A stretch of 64,000 bases of DNA from Octopus sinensis (Eukaryota), in assembly GCF_006345805.1 (NCBI RefSeq), contig NW_021833026.1:806001-870000 (forward strand). Direction: 5' to 3'. Under the pieces are notes generated by a model. That model was not told where the DNA came from. It was given only the letters and a program-made list of their open reading frames with translations, and did no database searches. The translations under genes and the position numbers were made by a program. Below, in pieces: positions 50,308 to 64,000 of this stretch (position 1 is its first letter; each line of letters opens with the position of its first letter).

Positions 50308-51679
50308 ATGTATTGGCTGCTTTTGAGTATTGCCTGTTCAAGTTAATTATAAATACGCAATTTAGTCGGTGCCGATGTGAACATAATCAGTTATTCGAAC
50401 TACATTAAGGTAGATGAGAGCTTTTCAGCCACCTGCAAGTCGAGCACTGACAAAATGACTTACTGGCAGTTCAAAGGACAAAACATAAGCAACTTCAAGA
50501 ACATTTACTCGTTCGTTGTGAAGGGCCAAGAAATCTTTTTCATTTCCAGACTAAGAGAAGACTTGTTTGGAAATTACACGTGCAATGACGGACATTCACA
50601 AAAAACAATAGAATTATACAACTATGGTTGTACTAATTTTATAATCAATATTATTAATTAATAATTGGGAGACGAGACATTCGGAATATTCGGATGTGTT
50701 GACACAGTGGCGACTGCCCGACTCCGGGACCATTTGATTCCCTGCAGAATAGAAGTCCGTAGTAATCTTGAAGGTCTGGTTTTTTGGAAGAAGGACAACC
50801 AATTATTGGGTGAATTATATCGTTGCAATACTCACAGAAAATACGTCCAAAATAAGCATAAACGACGACGGAATTGTCATCAAAAACTTTACTTGGCAAG
50901 ATCAAGGCTTATACCAAGTCTCAGTGTACACGAATCATAACGTCAATCTCGACCTGCAACTACGAGTCACCCTCGCTAGTAAGCCCACGTGACCTCGAAT
51001 ATGCAGTTGTACCCGAAGTCTCAATAATTGGTCACAATATGGGGATTGGAAGGGGACAGGCGTTTATCTGTAAGATCAGTTCGCCACTGGAAGTGCAGTT
51101 CGATTTTGTATCCCCTATATGGATTACAGTAAGTCAGTGACTTGACGGGTAGAGAAATAAAGTTTCAAAATGTGAGAAATATTTTGGAGTAGTCGAATGC
51201 CGAGCGACACTCACCTTGATATCTTCAGAAGAGGATACTTATAATATGACGTGTAATGCCTCGAACGTGTACGGAAATGATTCAACGTCTTTTTTGGTTT
51301 CCACTCTGCGTATGTCCTCCACTCTTGTTTTAGCAATTCCCTCCATGCCGACACTGTGGTTAGAAAACGAGAGACTCTTCTGGGGCTCTTCCAGTCAGTA
51401 TTCTTCGAACCTGAGTTCACCGAACTACACTTCCTCGACATTGATCCACGTCGAAGTTTGCTGACATTGTGATTGTGCTAGTCATTCTGCCCTTACTCCA
51501 AGGACTTTATATTCCCATCGGGTGTGATCAGTGCCAGATTCTGTGATCTGGTTTACTATACGGACTGGTACACTGTAGCAGTGACTGCATACAAGTGGGG
51601 GGTTGCGTCTGAGGTGGCGTATGGGTATTATATGCTGTCATGTGTTGATCGTTCTTATCCCTGCCGCTACCCACTCTAA
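50308..51679 (+). CDS. secreted Ig-superfamily protein, paralog 2, 383 aa
   Basis: Same nine-exon structure as paralog 1 (introns 24,45,28,28,24,21,24,26 nt); open 384-codon frame ending ...PCRYPL*. Confidence 0.8.
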
Positions 51680-51797
51680 GAGGACCTTGGTTATTGATTC
51701 CGTGGTTAAGATTCTTTTTTACTTTGGGCTAAAATATGTTTACTTTAAACGATATTTAATCAAACAAAACTCAATGAAAAAACTCGATGTTAAGTTA

Positions 51798-53400
51798 TTA
51801 TTTTACCATAAATCTATAATAAATAACAATTAAATACCAATGGGACCTCTGTGACTGATGTTTTTTGACCAAAGATTTGATATCTAGCTCTATTTGTGTT
51901 ATTTTTAAACGAATATCTCCTCTAATGGACACATCCAATCTGTTTCGTTCTTTATTTACAATTCGATATAGAATGCTAAATCCACGTTCAACACCGTATG
52001 GTGTCGGAAAATAGAGTAGCAATTGTGCTATTTCGTTCCACAATTTTGGATAAGTCTCTTTCACTTTGATATTTTGACAAAAAATAACTGACGTTTTTGA
52101 ATCTTCATAGTATAGTTTTAATTCTGGATTGAATTATAAAGTAATTAATTCCTCTTGAATATTTTCTTTTTCTTCTGGCTTCGACAAAAATAGATTAATC
52201 ATCTAAGATGGAATTTCTAATTCAAGAATATTTTGGAATCGGCGAATAAATCTTTTTCTATAGTGAATAAACGTTGCAAAAAGTTGTTAATATCTTTATC
52301 ATCAAATGTTTGATAAATTGATTGGAATTCGGAAATGTTATAATAATTTATTTTTTTCAAGTTGTATTTATATAACTCATTTTTTCGATAAATATTTGAA
52401 TAATTCTTTTGCAATCTATTAACGTGAAATACTTTCCCTGAAGTCCTAATGAAATTTCATTAGATTTTCAAAAAATCCACGACAAATAAACAATTTCTTT
52501 CTTTTTCGATACAATTAAATCTGCTAAATTTTTGTCACCCTCAGAAGTTAGAAAATTCACGATTGTGTCAAATAATATTAAAAATCGTTCTAATGCATTT
52601 TCCTTTGATAACCATCCCACCTATAAAATTGGAAACTATTGTGAAGCACAAGATTTTTTAGCCTCATAGCAAATTTTCTAAGACGATCATAGCTATTTGC
52701 TTAGGTTGATGAAATCATTCAACATTGTTTTTTTGTCAAAAATAAATTAATATGAAAAAATCGTTCATACATAATTGTGATTAATTAATCATTGACTTTA
52801 CATATACATAGCCAATGAAATATTTGACTATATAAATAGAAATGCAAAGTTTCATAATATTATTTTAATGTGAATGCACAGAATGCGTATTATTAATTTC
52901 GAATTATGTTTTACGAATTGACAAGGAAAAGAAATAAGCTAGACAACTAATTTCTATGTATAAACAATGCATATTATCATTTGCATTTGATTGAGTTTTT
53001 TTTATATATATGAACTTTTATCGATTTCCCAATCCTGGTAATAGACATGTAGAACACTTTTGAAACCTAATGTTGTCTATGTAGAGCGCAATGTATATCA
53101 ATCACATTAGGCAAATTTTTTTCAAATATGCTGCAAATCCTTTATACTTCCCAACCATAGACATTACGCAAGAAACTAAATTTTCATATTGAATCTTTTT
53201 CTCATCCAAAAATAATTTGACTACAGAAAAAATAGAAAATCCAGTAGTATCAGTTTCTAAATATTTGACGAATAATAAATCTTCTGTAAGAAGAGCATGA
53301 TCGTCAAAATATCTTTTAGCACGAAATAGTTTTTGCTAAATAGTTTAACTAGAAAATATTAATTCGTTGAACAACGCATAAAATTCAAACCACAGTAATA
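51798..53400 (-). mobile_element. degenerate Buster-type hAT transposase
   Basis: EDLLFVKYLETDTTG...IHCALHRQH (53050-53300), RWLSK relic, and dimerisation domain YPKLW...FPTPYGVERGFS...RNRL...GDIRL...HQSQRSH*. Confidence 0.75.
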
Positions 53401-53437
53401 ACAACACCCAATGGTTTAACGAGTAATTTAAAAGGGA

Positions 53438-54370
53438 TTATAATTCATTGTATAAAATCCGATGACGAGGGTTTCGTAATATGTTCTTATTTTTACTGAG
53501 AATGTTAAGCAAATTGGCCTTGACTATGAGTATGAACATTACATAATAATTCCTGGTAAGCTGCAGAATCAAGAACTGATTAACCGTGTACATGCTGTCG
53601 ACATGAGTCAAATCTTTGTTGGCGTCTTCCTGCAATGAGGCAGACGAATACAATATATAAATCCGAGCACAGTCTCCTTAGGACGTGTCCCCGATACGTG
53701 TGGTAGTTAATGAGTGATTGGTAGCATATGGTAGACAGTCGCTGAATCAAGGACAGTTTATCAATCACCTTCGTCTAAACTAAACAACCATTTCTGATAC
53801 TTGCGTCCAGTAGCCAAAATTATCGCCTGTCTGGAAGGCTGGGTAGCAGAGTTGGACCCACATCATGACCTGCCAAAGTCACTCTACAAGATACATTCAT
53901 CACCTGCCTGTTTAATTTAAGCAGAATGTCGTAAAGAAGATTGTTGATTTGACTAATGCGGGTGTTCATCGGGACCATCCGTCGGTAAGGGGCAGCTTGT
54001 ATTTCCCATCCCCTCTTGTTGGATTTCCAGTCTGATCAGTCCGTCGGGGTCTTTGGAATGGAGACAGTCCATGACTCGCTGAGTCACTTAATGATTATCG
54101 TGTCAAATCAAACAATCGTCGTCAATCTCTTCATTCGTCTGAATTATGTTAAATTGACAAAACCGCCAAGTTGTCTTGAATGATGCGACTGATTTCCAAA
54201 TTGGAGGAAAAATCCGAGAAGTAGGTCTAGTCTCATTTTGTCCCTAAACCTCAATTTTGTTGGAAATGTCGTCGATTCGATCCCTTATTTTGTATTCCAA
54301 GTATATTTCCATCTCGAGAGTGACTGACCAATCATACTTTTTTGTCAAGTTTTTGCAATGTAGTTGTCAT
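53438..54370 (-). CDS. PSME3: proteasome activator PA28 family (PA28gamma-like)
   Basis: Spliced reading VMMWVQLCYPAFQTGDNFGYWTQ (cf. KMWVQLLIPRIEDGNNFGVSIQ), NYHTYRGHVL and C-terminal KNKNILRNPR; introns ~20-27 nt. Confidence 0.7.
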
Positions 54371-54523
54371 GTAATATAAACACAATACTACTTAATTAGT
54401 ATTTTATTCATATTATGTCACCTAAAACAAGTTTATACAAAATTATTATAAAAAATGTTCCGATTATGAGATTCACTAAATAGACTCGTACAATGAAAGA
54501 ACACATTAAAAAAGACAGAATAA

Positions 54524-57033
<2,510 letters not shown>

Positions 57034-57351
57034 TCTATGTGTCCACGAGGATGTAAATTGGTTTTAGTTTTTTTATTTATTAATTTATTTAATAAATATA
57101 ACATACCCGAACAATAAGAATTATTTTTCTACTAATTTTTACTACTTCTCTTTGTCTCCCTTTCCTTGGTGGACACATTTGAAGGGTTTTGTCTTCACCA
57201 GTGATGTTATCCCTACTTGTTAAACCGGGACAGATCTCTGTTTTTTATTTGATTAACATTATTTTATTTGAATATTTAATTGGTTTAATAAAACATATAA
57301 ACATTAAAAGTAAGCGCGATTATTAATTAATTTAGTTGTGTGCACTTAAGA

Positions 57352-58931
57352 ATGCCGAAAGAAAGCACTTTGAACAGTTTCACATCAATATCCACCAAAT
57401 CCCAGTCCTCAATAAAAGAAAGATCCACAACAAAACTAAGACCTCAAGACAGGGCCTTCCTTTCCTCCCTCTACCGACGAATGAACTCCAGATTAACCCC
57501 CACAGCAGACTCTGTGGCACTCTCCAACATCTTCAAAAACTTTTCTGACTCGGATTTGAAGGACCTGGCCCAAAAGGACGCGATGGGCAGACGCCTGGAC
57601 ACTGCTGAGGGCGATTTCCTCATCCCCGACCGACAACGCACAAACACGGCCATTCTGGAGACCAAAATGTCGATGGGCCACACCTCAATGCGGGAAATGC
57701 TGCCCAAGAATGCCTACGAGGAAAGACTCAACCACATCCTCTTCAATGGACAGCTCGGGGACAACAATGTGTTCAGATATGGCCATCCCTCCAAAGACAG
57801 AGGTCCCCTCCCTCCACCAACATAGATCCCTATATCAGAATGACACAGGCATTGGACAGCATTGTGGATGAGAAGTGTCCGAAGAGTAAGTTGGAGACAA
57901 TCGAGAGGGAACCCAGCTGTGTGTTCAATTGTCCGGGACTGGCGGATGACTACTGTTGGGTGGCCTAATCGATGGTAGATTTGAACGTGCTGGACTGTTC
58001 GATCAGCACAAAAGTGGCGGTGGGGTTGCAGGACTATGTGTATATATGGGACAACTCCACCCGAAGGACGACTCGTCTGTCCACGTCCTCCCAGAATGAC
58101 AAGACGCTGTGTTCTGTCCGGTGGAGTGTGAGTGGGAGTAGTCTGGCAGTCGGACTGTCGACGGGGAGTGTGGAGATATGGGACATTGCCACATCCCGAG
58201 TGGTCCGCTCGATGTGCATGCGGATGGGCAGGATTGCTTCCCTGGCCTGGAATGGCATTGGCCTCACCAGTGGGTCCCGTTCTGGCATGATGTTCAACCA
58301 CGACCTGAGAGTACGGGACCACAAAGTCCACACCTATTCAAGACATTCCCTCGAGGTGTGTGGACTCAAGTGGGCGGGTGATGGCAGGAGGCTCGTCTCC
58401 GGGGGGAACGACGACATTGCCTGTGTGTGGGATGCCCGCAATCTCAATGTCCCCGCCAACGTCTTTGTCCACCAAGCCGCGGTCAAGGCTGTCGATTGGA
58501 GTCCTCAAAACACTTCTTTGCTGGCCACGGGAGCAGGGTCAGACGATAAGAAGATTCGTTTGTTCAATGTGTCCCTGGGAAGTGAGATTGCTCAGCACGA
58601 CACAGGGGAACAGGTGGGATAGGATGGATTGTGTGTTAGGTCTCCGCCGTTGTGTTTTCCAAGGTCAGCAACGAGTTGTTTAGTTCGCATGGATCCCCCG
58701 GGAATGAAATAAATGTGTGGAGTCTGCCCAAATTGAAGAATTCCTACAGTATTCCTGGTTGTCTTTCCTTGGTTATTCGTAGCTCACTCTGCCAGGATTC
58801 TGGGGATGGTGATGTCCCCCGATGGAAAGATTGTGGCCACTTTATCCTCCGACTGTACTCTAAAGATGTGGGACTGTGTTAGTAGAACTAAGCCCAAAAT
58901 ATCTGCCTTTACAAATCCATTCATTTATTGA
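57352..58931 (+). CDS. fizzy-family (CDC20/FZR1) WD40 APC/C activator, divergent
   Basis: PGLADDYY|LNVLD, LAVGL..G.VEIWD, HSLEVCGLKW..DG..LVSGGND, HQAAVKAVDWSP...LLATGAGSDD, MSPDG...D.TLKMW. Confidence 0.88.
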
Positions 58932-59199
58932 CGTTTTTATTCATTTTGTGTGTCATTCTAATTGCTACTTTAATTTATTGTTACGTGTGTCTGATTCTTT
59001 GTGTCAATAGATTTGCAGGCTAGATTTAATTTTCAATTCCTAAGTTTATTGTTGACGTGAGTTCACTTTTTTAACTTACATTGAGCTGCTCCCTTTTATA
59101 TTCGATAAAAATTTTGTCTAATGGAGTCTATATCCCAAGAGGGAAAATATCTAGTCGGTCGTGCGCTGGAAGACCCATGCGGGTGGATAATAAGTATGG

Positions 59200-60273
59200 A
59201 TCATCCATTCCACTTTACGAAGAAAAGAAGCCTGTTTATTGTTGTTTTCATGAAACGTAACTGTTCACGATTAAAAAACAAGCAAAAATTGCCATTTTGA
59301 AGTTCATTGAATCGAATATTGAAGTGCCTTCATAAAAATTTCAGAAATTTTTTTCCGAAAAATATAATGTATCTATTTCTCTTAGATTTATTTATGATTT
59401 GAAAATCAGAAAGGAAATGTGTTGAATAACTTAGGATCTGACATTTCTCTTAAAGAATATTTAAAGTTTAGTGAAATCAATAATGATACGATTTCTTTGA
59501 TTAATTTAATGGATGCTAAAAGAGCCATTTTGAACGATGAAATTATTACTGGGAAGGCCAAAATATTTGATTCGAAACGGTTGCAAAAACACGAAAACAA
59601 CGTCGTTTTGCACCCACTGGATCAGGGTATAATTAATTGGTGCAAATGCAATTTCATTTCTCTTAACTTTCCAATATTATTCAGAAAATGAAATCTGGGA
59701 TAAATCTCCATATTGCATACAAAAAATTAAACTTAAAAGATGCAATATTATTCACACATGATGCATGGAACAAGATTGATAATTCCTGAAAATTCAAATT
59801 CTTCACACGCGCAAAATGGATTCAAAACATTGAAAGTATAAATCATGAAAATCCTATGATTGAAAATTACAAATATATTCTATAAAAAATAAACATAAGT
59901 GATCCTTTAGAAGCGAGACTTTATGTCGAAATGAACTACACTGAAAACAAAGAATTTGATTTGAGTGATTTAAAGACAATAGAACAAGAAATTGATAGTG
60001 AAGAACCCCTAGAGAAGAATCAGAAAGGTGTAACTTTTAACAAGGCTTCAGTCTTAAAGAAGAATTCTTCGATGCTGAAAATCTAGAATTTATTGAAAAG
60101 CTTGGATATTCAATGATCCGAACTCTAAAAAAATAAATTCAAAAATTAGTGATTTTTTTGTTATAAATAATTTTTGCTTTACATTATTAGTGGATGAAAA
60201 ATCCAATAAGTTTCTCGAATCCCCCAGATTTTGCCGATTCCCGAAATTGGTGGATTCGAAAGACTATACTGTA
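59200..60273 (+). mobile_element. pogo-type transposon remnant
   Basis: VLHPLDQGII, NLKDAILFTHDAW; ends ...ATACTG-TA. Confidence 0.6.
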
Positions 60274-60420
60274 TTCATTTTTTAATTTTGGACCTTCTTA
60301 AAAAGTATAATCCGACAATGATAAAGAATTCAAAAATGAAATAGTTATTTTATTATGCCAAGAATTCAACATTTCACAGAAGTTTAGTCGCCAAAAGCAC
60401 CATCAAAAATAGGGTCAAAT

Positions 60421-60855
60421 TTATTTATTTATTTAAAGACCAAACACGGGTAAGCCAGTTAATTATTATAATCCCCGTGGTCCCCGATTCAAGCGAGGGA
60501 GATCCTACTGATAGGTTCGAACCTGCCCACATGAACGGCCTGAGACGACGATGTCCCAGGGTCAGAGATCTAGAAGTCCTTTTTCAATTAGGCCTTGAAG
60601 TGCCTCCTGAGCGTTGCCATATCAGATTGGAAGTTCCAACTGACATGGTGGACCCCATAACGCCACGCTAAGACCGGAAGGAAGGTAAGAGATCCCCATT
60701 TCCAACTGTGTCGTGCCAGAAGTACTCGTTGCCTCACGGGCAGGGGAACGATAACGAGAATTGACCCCCGGATGAAAACTAGCCTCCTTCGGAATCGAAC
60801 TCACGACTGTCCAGATCCATTATCCATAGCTTAGTCTTCAGCCAAGGGTCAAATT
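60421..60855 (-). mobile_element. SINE-like or non-LTR 3' element with (AAAT)n tail
   Basis: GC-rich ~430-bp island; minus strand has TGGCTGAAG (A-box-like) and GTTCGATTCC (B-box-like) at its 5' end and (AAAT)4 at its 3' end. Confidence 0.4.
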
Positions 60856-61275
60856 GAAAGGTGGAACCAAAACCTAACGTGTTGATTAAAAAACGATTTA
60901 AAAAGAAAATCACAAATGGTCTACAGGGCTTAATTCAGTTCTCAAATAACTAAAAAAAGTCACGGTTCAACCTATTCCAAGTTACTAATAAGAACTAATG
61001 AAACTAATACCATTCAAATTATTAAGAAATCTTGAAAAAAATTGAATCAAAAACGCAAACAAGTGATAAGGAATATAAAAAGAGTACATCATAAATTAAA
61101 TTTAAAAGAATTCCTAAATAGAGTACTCATAAAAGGGATTACTGTTGTATATACCAATAAAAATTTATTCCCCCAGATTTTATAAAGCACATTTACAGAA
61201 GACAAATAGTTAATTCAACGACTAATATGACAAAAACATCCAAGTTGCAAATTAAAAAAATAATATAAAAACACG

Positions 61276-62068
61276 TTAGACAAACGTGGTAATCTTGCCC
61301 TCAGATTTTGACCACACCGCCTCCATGGAAATATAAAATTCGGCCATTTTGTAGCCAAATTGTTTCTGCAGTGAGGGAGAACTAAAATACCAGAAGATTG
61401 GCCTTTTCGGGGGTGAGGACATCTCCGGGGGAACACAACTCATAGTCGGCCATCAGTCTCACCTTCCCTGCCATTCTACAGACAAAGCAACCCTTCTCCA
61501 GCGACGTGGGGAGTCCGAGCGATCTCAAATAGGCTTCCACTGAGGAGGGGAATTGGTCATAAATTCCCTCCTTTAACGTGACTTGACTTTCCGCGGTAAA
61601 TCCGGAACGCGGGAAATTGGGGACTCTCATTTCAGTGAAATAACTAGAATGATGGATGAGGGACTACTTCAGAATGTCAGCCTGGGATCGATTGGTAAAC
61701 AGGAGACCCCTGTCTCTGCATAAAAGATCGCCCATTTTTTGGAGGTCGGGAAATGAGGACAAGGCAATGGCCATCACCTTCTTTTTGCCAAAGAAAATGC
61801 TGGAAGGTGAAGAAGGCAGACCAACCGCGAGTCTGCCAGCCCCACTCGAATATTGTGCATTGCAGAATTTAGAAAGTTGTGGGCTGAGAACACAAACAGG
61901 CGCTCGTATTTCAAAATTGCTTCTCGAATCTAAAGAAGGCTGTGTTTACGCAAATCACGTTTTCTATGAGCTGTTGCTTATGTTCTGCGCCCTTCTTCTT
62001 TGTGTTTGTCAGACAAACTATAATTAATTACAAACACTACTCTTATTTTTTCTTTTGGATTTTGGCAT
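61276..62068 (-). CDS. MRTO4: mRNA turnover protein 4 homolog (pre-60S factor), intact copy
   Basis: MPKSKR, YERLFVFSAHNF.NS, FFGKKKVMAIAL, GLLFTN, QFPSSVEAYLRSLGLPT, DYELCSPGDVLTPEKANLL|KQFGYKMAEF. Confidence 0.93.
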
Positions 62069-62784
62069 CACACAACAAACGTGCACGTTTATTTATTCAT
62101 TTTCTTATTCGATAATGTTTTAATAAAACTTATTCTCATTTCACAAATTATCATTTTATTATTTCTTGATTAAATTGTCGCTTACATTACCAAGTAATGT
62201 AGACTAAATAATTTTAAAAATTTGTTGAATTGCATTTTTAAAATATTTCCCATCTCATCTATGTACAATTTTTAAAAATGTTTTAATCTTCTATTTTTAT
62301 CATTAAAACTCTAAAATACAAACCGGTCTACGAATATTTTCCCCTATGCGGCCTTTGCCCGCGGATCATTTGTAACAATGGTACAATTATTTCATAATTA
62401 AGTAAATATGGAACAATAAAAAACTCAGTACCAACTCAATAAATATTAGCAGTTAAAATTTTTTTACTCTGCTACCCGGGTTTGCATCCTCATCATGGCG
62501 TATTAATACTCATTGGCACTTTCTATTTCGTTTCCCCAATCAATGCCGAACAAGAGGTCAAAAGGCCTTTGTTTTGTAGTTTCGTGGACGGATTTATATG
62601 AGTCGTCTAATTAGTGTTTATACTTGATGTTCTTTTCATTGTTTTGTTATAAATTTTACAATTTTAAATGCTAGATTTGATCATTTTAAGTGCTAATTTT
62701 GTAATTATAAATGCTAGATTTTGTGATTTTATGGCTAAAAAATTTTTTTAATTGCTAGAAAAAACTTGCCCTTATTAGTAATAA

Positions 62785-64000
62785 CTAGGGCAACCAAAAG
62801 TCAATAAAGTCAACTCAACAATAAATAATTATTCTTTCATAAAAATACTAGAAATACAATTTTTATTTTAAAAAAACTTTTATTTTGAAAGTTTTTTTAG
62901 GTCAACTTTGTCAATTTTTTCATTTTTAGGTCAACTTTGTCAATTTTTGTGTCATTTTCAGCCACGCTGACTATTATTTCATTGTTGTTGTGATGACAAA
63001 GTCGAAAAAATCTATCTACTCGAAAGCCTTGAGAATTATCCAAGAATTTCCCAATGAATTTTCAATTACCCCGGGTGGAGCATTATATTGTAATTTATGC
63101 GATATTTGTGTAACATGCCATAAAAAATGGTTTGTTGATAAACACAGATTTACACAGAAACATATTTCACATATAAACGAATCTAAAAAGACGATTCAAA
63201 CGTTTCTTCCCACCACTGTTAATACGAATGATTTTTCACTAAATCTGACTGAAGCATTTGTTTCAGCAAATATTCCTTTATATAAACTAAGGAACCCTGC
63301 ATTAATCAATTTTTTCAATACTATCGGATTCGAGTTACCCTCAGAATCCAAATGCCGAAATAATGTCAAAATTTTGGCCGAAAGACGTGTCGATGAGATA
63401 ATCAGCTTGTTAATTAATGAAAAAATTTTTTTAATCGTGGATGAGACTGACGCTGGTAATGAAAAATATGTAAATATTCTTATTGGGAAAATAACGGATC
63501 CCCAAATCAGCTATCTTATTGGTTGTGTACCATTAAATTCTTCGCTTAATGCATCAATTCTATGTCAGATTGTGGATGATACGATTCGATGTGCAAATGT
63601 TGAGAGGAAAAATTTTTATTTTTTATTAACCGACGCGGCAAAGTATATGATTTCAGTCGGAAAACACTAAAAAATTTGTATCCTAATTTATTCCACGTAA
63701 CATGTATTGCACATTTAATTCACAATTGTGCATTAAGGATAAAACTAAATTATCCTGTAGTGGATAACTTAATTGCCTCTATAAAAGGACTTGTTTTGAA
63801 AAATAATAGTCGAAGGCAACTATTTGCTGAAATAGGACTACCTCCAGAACCTATTGTTACTAGATGGGGAAGCTGGCTCCGAGCAATCAAGTACTACGCG
63901 GAAAATTTTCCCAGAGTGTTGGAAATATGCAATTCGCTAAAAGGAGAATCCATATTGATTCGGAGAGCAATGGAATCAATAAAAAATGAAGGACTTCTTA
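62785..64000 (+). mobile_element. hAT-related (CGGBP1-like) transposon, runs off the window end
   Basis: TAGGGCAACC left end; ATG 62993; LYCNLC...KH...KH zinc finger; IVDETD, LLTDAAKYM, HVTCIAHLIH, PEPIVTRWGSWL; 1-nt frameshift at 63661-63664. Confidence 0.8.

Noticed and set aside
60530-60810. GGCCTGAGAC resembling the RNase P/MRP CR-I motif
   Set aside because: No complementary partner for helix P4 was found downstream.

Overview
Eukaryotic (metazoan) genomic DNA. Tightly packed clusters of host genes alternate with AT-rich nests of transposon debris. The ORF track is fragmented because nearly every gene is cut by tiny spliceosomal introns, mostly 20-30 nt. Animal gene content (PDE4-like, Ig/FN3, CCDC157, CFAP58) plus such small introns points to a dicyemid mesozoan (inference, not verified). 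Host genes read after manual splicing: PFKFB (partial), TMEM272-like, CFAP58, SF3A2, tRNA-Ile(UAU), EIF3D, CCDC157, REXO4, MRTO4 (two inverted copies), HMGCS1, PDE4-like, WDR46, SNRPA1, one unknown gene, two tandem secreted Ig-Ig-Ig-FN3 genes, PSME3-like, CDC5L and a divergent fizzy/CDC20-family gene. Mobile DNA includes a full-length CRE-clade retrotransposon with an N-terminal PHD finger, several other CRE subfamilies, an apparently intact Ginger2-like integrase transposon split by four 24-29 nt introns, and hAT, pogo, Tc1, RTE, R4-like and I/Jockey-like remnants. Best leads: (1) the mini-intron-bearing Ginger2 transposon; (2) the tandem secreted Ig/FN3 paralogs, whose exons diverge faster than their introns; (3) the PHD-CRE element; (4) a fold-back retro-insertion and short templated insertions; (5) operon-like gene spacing down to 70 nt; (6) a fizzy protein ending in IY instead of IR. 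Family calls come from remembered motifs; no database search was run. Several single-base deletions in homopolymers suggest residual assembly errors.
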